A stretch of 64,000 nt of DNA, taken from NCBI RefSeq assembly GCF_030684315.1, contig NC_081379.1:42096381-42160380 (forward strand), read 5' to 3'. The notes under the pieces were generated by a model. That model saw nothing but the letters and a program-made list of their open reading frames with translations. It had not been told where the DNA came from and made no database searches. Source of the stretch: Stegostoma tigrinum (lineage: Eukaryota). Made by a program: the position numbers and the translations under genes. Below are positions 25,178 to 36,222 of the stretch, one piece after another (position 1 is the stretch's first letter; each line of letters starts with the position of its first letter).

Positions 25178-27440
25178 TTTGGGTCAATTAGCTCAGTTGG
25201 ATGGATGATTGGTTTGTAATGCAGTGTGATCATAAGACATAGAAGTGGAAGTAAGGCCATTCGGCCCATCGGGTTCACTGCACCATTTAAATCATGGCTG
25301 ATGGACATTTCAACTCCACTTCCCTGCACTCTCCCCGTAGCCCTTGATTCCTTGTGAGATCAAGAATTTACCGATCTCTGCCTTGAAGACATTTAACATC
25401 CTGGCCTCCACTGCACTCCGTGGCAATGAATTCCACAGGCTCACCACTCTCTGGCTGAAGAAATGTGTCCTCATTTCCATTTTAAATTTACCCCCTCTAA
25501 TTCTAAGGCTGTGCCCATGGGTCCTAGTCTCCCTGCCTAACGGAAACAACTTCCCAGCATCCACCCTTTCCTAGCCATACATTATCTTGTAAGTTTCTAT
25601 TAGATCTCCCCTTAACCTTCTAAACTCTTAATGAGTACAATCCCAGAATCCTTAGCGGTTCATCATATGTTAAACCTACCATTCGAGGGATCATCCGTGT
25701 GAATCTCCGCTGGACACGGTCTAGCGCCAGTATGTCCTTCCTGAGGTGTGGGGCCCAAAATTGGACACAGTATTCTAAATGGGGCCGAACTAGAACTTCA
25801 TAAAGTCTCAGAAGCACATCACTGCTTTCATATTCCAATCCTCTTGAGATAAACGACAACATTGCATTCGCTTTCTTAATCATGGACTCTACCTGTAAGT
25901 TAACTTTTAGAGAATCCTGGACCAACACTCCCAGATCCCTTTGTACTTCTGCTTTACGAATTTTCTCACCATTGAGAAAATAGTCCATGCCTGTATTCTT
26001 TTTGGCAAAGTGCAAAACCTAGCATTTGCTCATGTTGAATTTCATCAACCATTTCCTGGACCACTCTCCTAAACTGTCTAAATCTTTCTGCAGCCTCCCA
26101 ACCTCCTCAGTACTATCTGCCTGTCCACCTATCTTTGTATCATCGGCAAACTTCACCAAAATGCCCCCAGCCCCTTCATCCAGATCATAAATATATAAAA
26201 TGAACAGTTGTGGCCCCAATACTGAACCCTGCGGGGCACCACTCGTCACTGGTTGCAATTCTGAAAAAGAGCCTTTTATTCCCAACTCTCTGCCTTCTGT
26301 CAGACAGCCAATCCTCAATCCAAGCTAGTAGCTCATCTCGAACACCATGGGCCCTCACCTTACTCAGCAGCCTCCCGTGAGGCACCTTATCAAAGGCCTT
26401 TTGGAAGTCTAGATAGATAACATCCACTGGGTTTCCCTGGTCTAACCTACTTGTTATCTCTTCAAAGAATTCTAACAGGTTTGTCAGGCATGACCTCCAC
26501 TTACTAAATCCATGTTGACTTGTTCTAACCCGACCCTGCACTTCCAAGAGTTTAGAAATCTCATCCTTAACAATGGATTCAGAATTTACCAAATACCAAG
26601 GTTAGGCTAATCGGCCTATAATTTTCCATCTTTTGCCTTGATCCTTTCTTAAACAAGGGGGTTACAACAGCAATTTTCCAATCATCTGGGACTTTCCCAG
26701 ACTCCAGTGACTTTTGAAAGATCACAACCAAAGCCTCCGCTATTTCCTCAGCCACCTCCCTCAGAACTCTAGGATGCAGCCCATCAGGGTCAGGAGATTT
26801 ATCAATTTTTAGACCTTTTAGCTTTTCTAGCACTTTCTCTTTTGTAATGCCTACCGTGCTCAACTCTGCCCCCGACTCTCTTTAATTGTTGGCATACTAC
26901 TCATGTCCTCTACTCCTGAAGACTGACGCAAAGTACTTATTAAGTTCTTCAGCTATTTCCTTATCTCCCATCACTAGCCTTCCAGCATCAATTTGGAGCG
27001 GCCAAATGTCTACTTTTGCCTCACGTTTGTTTCTTTTGAAAGGAACTTTTACTATCATTTCTAATATTACTAGCTAGCCTACCTTCGTATTTGATCCTCT
27101 CCTTCCTTATTTCTCTCTTTGTTATCCTCTGTTTGTTTTTATAGCCTTCCCAATCTTCTGATTTCCCAGTCCTCTTGGTCACTTTATAGACTGTCTCTTT
27201 TCCTTTGATACATTTCCTGACTTCCTTTGTCAGCCATAGCTGTCTAATCCCACCCCGCATAATTTTTCTTTTCTTTGGGATGATCACAACAACGTAGGTT
27301 CAATTCTGACACTGGCTGAGGTTACTATGAAAGGACTGTCCTTCAACCCTCCCCTTGCCTACGGCATGGTGACCCTCAGATTAAACTACTACCAGTCTTC
27401 TCCCTCTAATGAAAGAGCAGCATTATGGCAGTTTTACTTA
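25178..27440 (+). mobile_element. tRNA-derived SINE split by a CR1 insertion (halves 25178-25232 and 27281-27440)
   Basis: Head gggtcaattagctcagttggatgg continues after the CR1 as acaacgtaggttcaattc..; an intact relative lies at 29727-29930. Confidence 0.75.
25233..27280 (-). mobile_element. ~2 kb 5'-truncated CR1 LINE ORF2 with frameshifts
   Basis: KSPDPDGLHPRVLRE, NYRPISLT, QHGFSKWRSCLTNL, VIYLDFQKAFDKVPH, GAPQGSVLGPQLF, KFADDTKIGG; TSD TGATCA at 25227 and 27281. Confidence 0.96.
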
Positions 27441-28912
27441 TTTACATCATCTTGCTTTCACACAATTTACAGTTTGCCATAATTACATCATGTAGTTGAA
27501 AGTTAGATCCTAAAGTGAATGAAAAAAAGTCCATGCCTACAACCTACAAACATGGTCACAATGGCTGTGTCACTGAGTAAGAGGCTGTGACCTCTCTAAC
27601 AGTGCATCCCTCTGAACACTTAATTGCTGCAAAACTGATCACTTTTTGAGGCAAAGGGAGAGGGAAGTTGAGACCAAAGTGAATGTTTTCTGAGACTTAT
27701 TGAATGAAGTGATCAAAAATTCACTTTTATATTTGCTTTATATGTTACAAAATATTTAATTGTGTAACTGTAATAAAACTATGAAAGTGTATCGTGTAAC
27801 CTGCACACATTAATGTTGCATTATTCTGCTATTAGTGCTTCATGCAAATTCTCTTGTGTAGTATTCCTATAATTATAAATTAAGCTGTTATCAATTTATA
27901 TTTAATTGTGTTTTTTCTCGTACAGTACAATGATAAATCGGAAATATGAGTGTACTCTACAGCAGTGAAACCATGAGACTGAACATGTAGCAACATATAT
28001 TTATCTTTATGGAGCAATGACTAGAACAAAAGATTAACCAACAGGTTGAGACTAAAATACACATGCTGCATATTGCAATGATGATCAGTCTACAGTTATG
28101 TTTCTCTGTATGGTGTTACGTCAGCTCTGCCTTATGAGATATAGGACCGTGCAAAAGAGTTCATTCTAAAAGACTGAAGAAATAAGGTTGAATTACCCTG
28201 GATTGCTGTCACACAGAAGCAGATGACAAAGACCAAGGACAGGAATGCTCCATGTTTCCAGGGTTTTCTGATAGAAACCCTTTTTATTTCAAATTTGTAG
28301 ATTACAAATTGATAACTTAGTACTATGGGATCCTTAGTTGTGCCTGAACCAGCAAGGAATGAACAACTAGTACGTATGCAATAAGTAAGTGTTTATTAAG
28401 TAAAATGTCAGACATGGGTGAAGTCTTTGTGTGACATTATCATCAGAAAAGGTCTCAGGATTCCTTGAATGCTGCCAGTGCAGACCATTTCTGTCTTCTC
28501 TAAAATGACTTTACATTGAATTGTGTGACACCACATCAGCAATGGTGAAAGTGTGCCAGTGAAGATTCTTAAGATATTAACTTCTGTCTTTAATTATGAC
28601 GATCTGATTATTTAATTTGAAGTGACCTCTTTTATTGTTTATGGATGAGGCTGAAGTCATATCATCCCACCTCTATCACATGAGTTAAGTAGGCTGAGAC
28701 AAAAGTCCATCACTTTTTTTGGTAAGGTAGAGAGCAATTTTATAAACAATGTAACAATCCCTTATCAATAATATAAATTGTAAACATTTTACACAAAACT
28801 TGCTAATCTACTTCCATGGTATCAAGGTAATTAAGAACATATTGGAATAATTCCTAGCATACTTTCAGTAAAATAACGTATTTAAAATATAGATGTTGCC
28901 TACAGATATGAT

Positions 28913-29195
28913 CAATGTAATTGCAATTGCAAACCTGAGTCCAATTCAAAGACACAAAGTTATTGTTTAAATGTACGGTGTCGTGCTAAGCTCAAGCTGC
29001 TGAGTTCAAACCTTTTTTTTAAAGTTGACAAAACTATTAAATTGCACACAATGTAATTATTGCAAACCTGAGTCCAATTCAAAGACACAAAGTTATTGTT
29101 TAAATGTACGGTGTCGTGCTAAGCTCAAGCTGCTGAGTTCAAACCTGCTTTTTTTTTAAAGTTGACAAAACTATTAAATTGCACACAATGTAATT
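28913..29195. repeat. Near-perfect tandem duplication, unit ~133-137 bp
   Basis: attgcaaacctgagtccaattcaaagacac...gcacacaatgtaatt occurs twice; CAATGTAATT at 28913, 29049 and 29186. Confidence 0.95.
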
Positions 29196-29726
29196 TTTAA
29201 AAGTTTGTTTTGAACTTGACAAATTCTCATCCAGATAATTGCTGTGACAGTTCACAGCCTGTTTTGACTATTACTTGTGATGCTCTGCAAACATAACTTC
29301 AAACTGCACAATTTAAAAGAGTAACTAAGTTAAAGTCCTAAAGGATTACTTCAAGCCAACATAGAACCCTGAAGATTTGTAGCAGGTCAATATTTTAAGT
29401 GTCTGAATTTATGGTACTAATGACTGTCTGTTAACTTATGATGCTTTGGAAATCCCCAGTTGAAACAGCAATACTAACCTCACCTACACTCTAAAGCAGA
29501 GGTTACAGCATCACTAATGTTTGGCATTATGGTCTATCATAAATCATCAGTTCTGTCAGAGACAGGTGGTTTGAAGGAGTATAAAACAGTAAAACTCAAA
29601 ATAATTTCTCCACCTTGAATGACGGGGTGTACAAATTCCAAATTGTCAGCAAATTTGCAACTATATACAAGTTTGTGTTGAGCTTCAAGTGTTATGAACC
29701 TGTACCACTTGAATGCTGGGATTCCC

Positions 29727-29930
29727 AGGGTCAATTAGTTCAGTTGGCTGGATGGTTGGTTTCGGTGCAGAATGATGCCAGTAGCAATTCCCACACCAGC
29801 TGAGGTTCCCATGAAAGAATCTCCTTTCTTCACCTGAGGCATGTAACTCTTAGGTTAAACCACCATTAGTTGTCTCTCTAATGAGAAGCACTCATATGGT
29901 CCTCTGGGACTATGGCAACTTTACCTTTAG
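29727..29930 (+). mobile_element. tRNA-derived SINE
   Basis: agggtcaattagttcagttggctggatggttgg head; tail ggactatggcaactttaccttt. Confidence 0.7.
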
Positions 29931-30429
29931 TAGGACAATCATATATCCTGGATGGTAGCAAATTATAAAGTAATCTTTCATGGTGGCATGCTAATAGTTT
30001 GAATAAAAAGATAAAAACCATGATTTGGTGCAGATTTGGATGTTGTTGGCGCATCAATTCCAATTAAGGGACCAACAGAATCAAATCACTGTCTCTCTAG
30101 TAACAAATGCCTTTAAATTCAGGTACAAATTGTTAAAGCTGTTTGATGATTTGTTGAGAAAAAAGCAAAAGACAGGCTACTGTGCTGTTTGGTAATAAGT
30201 TAATGAAGATATGTGTTGAGACCTTCGAAGGAAAAGGGCATGTGCGTATCTACTAAAGATACTGTATAGGGATTGAAGGAATTCAAAGTGTAAATATGGA
30301 AATATTCATTTTAATTAATGGCCATCCAAACAATTTTTTCATTTATGTTTGTGTATTCATGTTGAGTCTGGCTGTGTTACAGCACACGTGAGCACAAGCA
30401 CAATTTCACAAGTAATCATCTAGATCTTG

Positions 30430-31520
30430 GTAAGCGGAGAACAATTTCAAAGTTTGCAGACAACATGGAACATGGAGGATTGTATACTGTGAGGAGGACA
30501 GTGTAGAACTTGAAAGGACATAGACAGTTTGGTGGATAAGTGGCAGATGAGTCTCAATGCAGAGAATTGTGAGATAATGCAGTCTGATAGGAAGGATGTT
30601 GAAAGAAAATACAAAATAGGGAACACAATACTAAAGTGCATGTAGGAGTAAAGAGACCCCCCTGTTGTTGAATACGTGATTGAAGGTGTTGAGACAGGTG
30701 AAGGACTGTAAGTACAGCATACAGTATCCTCAGCCTTATTAATAGGAGCACAGTATATGAGCAAGGGGGCAATGCTGATCTTGTAAAGATGATTCTTAGA
30801 CCATATTTTAGGAAGGATGTAAATGCATTAGAGACAATGCAGAAGCAACTTATATGAATGGTTCTAGGAATAAGACATTTCATGTGATGATAGATTGAAG
30901 AAATTGGGACTCGTCCTTGGAGATGAGAAGGAGATCTGATGAAGATTTTCAAAATCATGAGTCAGGGTGGATGGGGGAGGAACAACTTGCACAAAAATAA
31001 ACAATAATTAGCATACATTTAAACTGATTTGCGAAATAAAGGATGGTATGAGGTAATTAGTAAGAGTATGAGTAGCATCATCCAGAAGTATTGTAGAAGC
31101 AGTTCAATTGAAGCACTCGAAAACATTGGGTTATTAATGTGTAAAGATCGGGCGGCACAGTGGCTAGCACTGCAGCCTCACAGCACCAGACACCCGGGTT
31201 TGATTCCAGCCTCGGCAACTGTCTGTGTGGAGTTTGCACATTTTCCCTGAGTCTACGTGGGTTTCGGTTGCGTGCTCCGGTTTCCTCCCACAGTCCAAAG
31301 ATGTGCAGCATAGGTGGATTGGCCATGCTAAATTGCCTGTAGTGTTCAGGGATGGGTCTGGGTGGGATGCTCCAAGGGGCGGTGTGGACTTGTTGGGCTG
31401 AAGGGCCTGTTTCCACACTGTAGGGAATCTAATGTAATCTGAATCGACACGAGGTACTAATGCTCATTTACAGAGTTTGTGCAGGCATGATGGGCTGAAT
31501 GGCCCCTTGAGCTGTAACAA
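30430..31520 (+). mobile_element. Decayed CR1 3' region, split by an HE1 SINE
   Basis: aagtttgcagacaac (KFADD), gtggcagatga, ggagatctgat, gggctgaatggcc motifs in CR1 order. Confidence 0.7.
31150..31440 (+). mobile_element. HE1-type SINE
   Basis: gggcggcacagtgg..gcctcacagcaccagacacccggg..gtgtggagtttgcacatt..ccacactgtaggg. Confidence 0.88.
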
Positions 31521-31806
31521 TTTTGATTAGCTGTGGCGAACACACTTAGAATGTGCTAAGAATTCACAAAGCATCAGTACGTATTTTTTCTTTTTTTTGA
31601 TTTATTATCATGAAGTGATTATTAAACACTATTACAAATCAAAGAACGCTAGAATTGTCCTGCACTGGATATTTAACTAGCCCCTTTAGGCTCTGTCCGC
31701 GCTGTGGTCTAGCACTAATTCTCCGTTGCCTCCCAATTGATTTGTAAGGAAAGGGGAGGGAGGAGCAAACAAATAATGCTGGAGATACAGTATCAATGTT
31801 TCCAGG

Positions 31807-31942
31807 ATAATAAAATGTGAGGCTGGATGAACACAGCAGGCCAAGCAGCATCTCAGGAGCACAAAAGCTGACGTTTCGGGCCTAGACCCTTGAAGGGAAT
31901 ATCTTGGAATTCTCCAGCATCTGCAGTTCCCATTATCTCATC
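31807..31942. mobile_element. Mini-PLE with 15-bp TSD, immediately upstream of the promoter GC box
   Basis: ATCAATGTTTCCAGG at 31792-31806 and 31943-31957; inverted arm with partial hammerhead (gacgtttcgggcctagaccct) joined to the 3' tail ctccagcatctgcagttcccattatctc. Confidence 0.85.
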
Positions 31943-31974
31943 ATCAATGTTTCCAGGCTGGGAGCACGCTGTTC

Positions 31975-32310
31975 ACACAGGGGCGGGGCGGCATGACCTT
32001 ACCAAGATGGCTGTCCAGTGGGGTCCGCCCCGAGCACCGAAGACCTCACACAACAAGCCCTCTTCCGATTGGTGGGTGTGTGGTTGTCAACGCCTGATTG
32101 ATCGGTCGCGTTATGAGCCACGTCTTATTGGTTCGTTCTGCGAGGAGGGAGATTTGATTTTGGGTTTTTGAAGAAAACGGAAAGAGAAGGTTCGGGAACG
32201 TCCGAGCGGGAGGAGAGCCCGACGCCTGGGGCCTTGTTGGAGCGGAACCGGAGCCGTAGGTTCGGGCCCTGTGGGAGCTGGAGCTGCCGCCGCTCTCTGC
32301 AGAGGTGATG
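31975..32310 (+). promoter_or_regulatory. CpG-rich promoter and probable non-coding first exon of the PRR11/MTFR-like gene
   Basis: GC box GGGGCGGGGC at ~31980; reverse CCAAT boxes ATTGG at 32068 and 32127 (imperfect ATTGA at 32097); CHR element TTTGAA at 32167-32172; candidate donor GAG|gtgatg at 32304. Confidence 0.75.
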
Positions 32311-32437
32311 AGCGGACCTGACCCGGCGGGGCCAGCGTGAAGCTGGTGCGGATCAGGCCCCTGATTTCACTGGGCCTTCTGTATGGTCACGCCGCTTGTG
32401 GTGGGAACCACTTACTGAGTATTATCACCGCAGAAAG

Positions 32438-32617
32438 AGAGATAATGGGAACCGCAGATGCTGGAGAATCCGAGATAACAAAGTGTGGGGCTGGATGAAC
32501 ACGGCAGGCCAAGCAGCATCTTAGGGGCACAAAAGCTGACGTTTCGGGCCTAGACCCTTGATTAATTTTTTTTCTGCTTGGCCTGTTGTGTTCGTCCAGC
32601 TCCATGCCTTGTTATCT
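32438..32617. mobile_element. Fold-back mini-PLE in the first intron
   Basis: gagataacaaagtgtggggctggatgaacacggcaggccaagcag / ctgcttggcctgttgtgttcgtccagctccatgccttgttatctc; possible TSD CAGAAAG at 32431 and 32618. Confidence 0.82.
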
Positions 32618-33269
32618 CAGAAAGTGTCTGTGTGCTCCAGAACATTGGTCCGAATACTGTTTTCAGGATAACTCGGAACTCAGCTGTTTGTGCTGTGATA
32701 TATTTAGCCGCGGCTTCGTCTGTAATTATGGAGCAAAGCTTCACCATTGCGATGTCTCCAGTGTTGTCATACCAGCAGCAATAGTCCTCGCAGCCCCGCG
32801 AGCCAATAAGATCATAGTCGATCTGCTTTAACCCCATATTCACGTCTACCCCGAAACCTTTCGCCCCCTTTCCTAACAAGAATTAAACAACTTCAGCTTT
32901 AAAAATATTCAAAGATTCTGCTTTTCAGGGTGAGATTTTCAAAGACTCCGGGCTCTCTGAAAGCGCCCAATTTCTGTTTTAAATGGATCACTCCTGTTTT
33001 TTTGTTGAAGTGTTTGTTTCAGTTCTGTTTTGCACTTTCTCAAACTGCTGCAGTCCACCTGCTGTGAGTATGGCTCTATGTATAAAGACACCCAGATCGC
33101 TTGCTGTTTAGCCAGTTTTATTTATTCTTCCTGCCAAAATAGACAATTTCACATTTTCCCACATTATTCTCCTTTTGCCACATCTTTGCCCACTCTCAAC
33201 TTATCAATATCTTTTCTTGGTATTACTTCCAGCTTTATTTTTCAGTGGTTTGTATATTGGGTCCAGAAT

Positions 33270-33600
33270 TGGTCTCAATATACACTGACAAAGAAGGACA
33301 CAAATTTGACTGGGGCAACTCATAGTAGCACAAGCCAAACAGAGACAAACCATGGAATTCCTGGAGATCTGGCAGTCCAATTCAAATTCCATCAACGAAT
33401 GCATTGAAGTGGACCTGATATACAAACCACTGAATAGCAAAACGGGAAGTAATACCAACTACCTCAACAAACTGAGGCATATAAACGACGAGGGACAGAA
33501 CACCAACGCTTTGCTGGAGACGCACTGATGATGTTACCTAGCAGGGTGATGAAACGTCTGCAAAAATACTGACTTGGTGAGCAAGTTTGCAACCTAACCT
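33270..33600 (+). mobile_element. Penelope (Poseidon-like) 3' end
   Basis: GIY-YIG tail similar to 51190-51514 and 57010-57350 (aatttgactggg..ggaattcctggaga); hammerhead at 33522. Confidence 0.75.
33522..33561 (+). ncRNA. Minimal hammerhead ribozyme motif (second PLE family)
   Basis: GCA-CUGAUGA-U-GUUACC(UAGCAG)GGUGAU-GAAA-CG-UC-UGC: intact core, palindromic ACGU stem III, GUC cleavage triplet. Confidence 0.7.
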
Positions 33601-35326
33601 TGCAGTCTTATTTTTCATGTCGTCCTCTTGCAGGGGGAGCCCTGGGTTAGCAGCAAGGGGAATCTGATCATTCACTGTTGATAATGAGTCATAATTTTAT
33701 TTGACATTAGCTGGCAGAAAAGGAAAGCATTTAATCTGACTAGTCAGATTAGTCTGTTTATGTCACTCAATATAGAAGTTAGTTGCAGGTGTCTTCCATT
33801 TTGTAAGACTATGATTTTGCATTATGGTAGTCACCTCTGTGCTAAACATTGCCATGTGTGACCCAGGAGTCCATTCTTCATTGCAGAGGAAGACATTGAG
33901 TTAGAAAGATGCAGGATTCATTGATCTATGTTTTCTCTGGTCCTCTTATTGACCAAATGAACTTTCCATTTCTGGTCGCCTTTTTTAATGTGCCACTAGT
34001 CAGCATTCAGAAGTCAGGGCCATCAGAACTGTCTCCCAGGTGCTTTTGTTTTTCTGACTGTTAACTCTGTGATCTATTGAGATTCTGAAGTATCGCTAGC
34101 ATTTGCAAAGCCTGCATTGTGAACTCCAATTTGTCCATGTACAATAACATTTTAAAAAATTTTTAGTCTTAAAGTTTTAAACACAGCATTTAAGCAAGCA
34201 TTTAAAATCCCATCCTTCCTTCTGCATTTTAAAAATTAAATTTTGCAACTTCAAGAACATATACACTCATCTTTTGAAATGTTGTAAGTCTTTTGTCTTG
34301 CAAATAATGTCATGGTTTATTGCTGGGAATCTGGTGTGCTCCCAAGTATTTATTGCTCAGACATGTTCAGTTTAATCTGAAATCTCAATTCCTATTTTCC
34401 TACTCAAGTGAATTCAACATAAAGTCTGTTGTTCCACCTTCCTTTGGCATTGGTACATCAAATTGTGCAGTTTGGCATGAGTATTTTGTTTATTACCTTG
34501 TTAACAACTTGGAATATCTTCAATAAATTATATCATATACACTTTCTACCCTCTCCATGCCTGCATTCCATCCAACTTCTATATTGTCTTCACCTTGGAT
34601 CAAATTTGTTTGTAATTCCAACTCATCAAGAACTTGCTACCCAAGGACTTGCCCAAACAAAAGTGCTAATTGTCACTTTTGTGGTCACCCATAAAAGTTG
34701 TATCATTATTGCCCTTCAGGTCTGATAGCACTTTTTTTTACCCGCTGGCCACATGTTGAAACCTACACTTTCAGTTCTTTTGATGGTTGCTTCTTTGCCC
34801 CACAGTTGGAGATTCATCTTTCAGCTACCATGCTCCCTTGCAAATTTTCTTCCAAAATAGTTTTTGCTTTCTGCCTTCAGAAACTTCCCGGATGTCTATC
34901 CTTGAGTTAGCCCTGGTCTCCTCTGAATTCCTTTTATTTACTGTACAAAAGTTCCTTTATTCCATTACTGACAGCACAGAAGGCCCTCTTTCCCTTTATA
35001 AATGCTCTCTGAGACTTGCTTTGTATCAGCAAACAATGAAATATATTTTGCCAATTTCATCTGAATGATGGTTTCACACGTAAAGGGCAGAGTTCTGCAA
35101 TTTGTGGGAGTCACTTCACTCAATGTATAAAGAAGACATTACAGAATGGTGAATCTTGCTGTCTCTATCCCCATCCCCTGGCCCAAATCTATTCTAGTCT
35201 AATGTGTCTACTGCTTCTTAGTTTTATCATATGGCCAAATGATGTCCTATAAACAAGAAATATGTGTCTGTGCATGTGTATAATAAATTGATCAGTAAAT
35301 CATCTTTGCTTTCCTGTTCCAGAGTT

Positions 35327-35551
35327 ATGATGGAAACACTAGAGGAATTTGATCAAGAATATCCTCTAAGCAAGATGTTCTGTAAACGCATAACCAAAGA
35401 AGAATTTGAGTCTGAAGCCCTGACCTATACTGAAAAGGCACTGCAGGACTTATTTCACACTATGGATCAGAACCCATCACTGTGTGAGAGAGTAGTCCGC
35501 AAACGAAAACAGGCTGAACTTGAAAAGGCTGGGTTGAAATCCTTTATTAAG
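35327..35551 (+). CDS. Uncharacterised PRR11/MTFR-like protein, coding exon 1 (NEMP-like helix, basic patch)
   Basis: ttccag|AGTT ATG ATG ... ATT AAG|gtactg; MMETLEEFDQEYPLSKMFCKRITKEEFESEALTYTEKALQDLFHTMDQNPSLCERVVRKRKQAELEKAGLKSFIK. Confidence 0.85.
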
Positions 35552-36098
35552 GTACTGTCAGCCCCACAAGATAGGAGAAATTGGGCCTCAGAATTCAACC
35601 TTTTTCTCATCATCAACCAAAACACAATTTTTGTGTTTTATCCTGGCTTCAATTTTGATTTTGCTGGCAGTGCTGTTTTCCTGATGAGCTAAGTTATTGC
35701 ATATATTAATCAATATATAGCAGCCAATTGCAAGAACAAAGTCGCCTATTTCAGATTACTTAGAAGTGCGATGAATTGCTAGAAAATGTTTTTAAGGCTA
35801 GGTACTGTCTGTAGATTCTGTCCTTGTTCTTGCAGTTTATACTATTCATTGTTAGGTGGAGCTCTAGATCAGGGAAACAGCTGATATGAGAGCATGGTTA
35901 TGTTAGCAAGTACAAAGGGAATTTTATTAAAGCCACAAATTGATGAGTGTAGTTTTGTTTTGAGGCTACTGCATAAAATTTAGCTACTTTCTTTGTGTGC
36001 CAGTGTCCTAAAAATAAAAGCCAAACTATTATCTTCAAAGTACCAATTTTGGTTCAGGTCAAGTCAATGTTTAGTACATATGAGCATTGTCTTTGCAG

Positions 36099-36222
36099 GC
36101 TAAATTTTTCACAGCTGTAGATGGTCGGCTGAACCGCTGTAATGCTGTTGGAATAGATGAATTACAAGAAAGACTCCAACACTTGAAGAACGAGATGAGA
36201 AAAGTTCAGATGTACGCTTGCG
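36099..36222 (+). CDS. Uncharacterised PRR11/MTFR-like protein, coding exon 2 (coiled coil)
   Basis: ttgcag|GCT ... TGC G|gtaaga; AKFFTAVDGRLNRCNAVGIDELQERLQHLKNEMRKVQMYAC; phase 0 in, phase 1 out. Confidence 0.85.
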
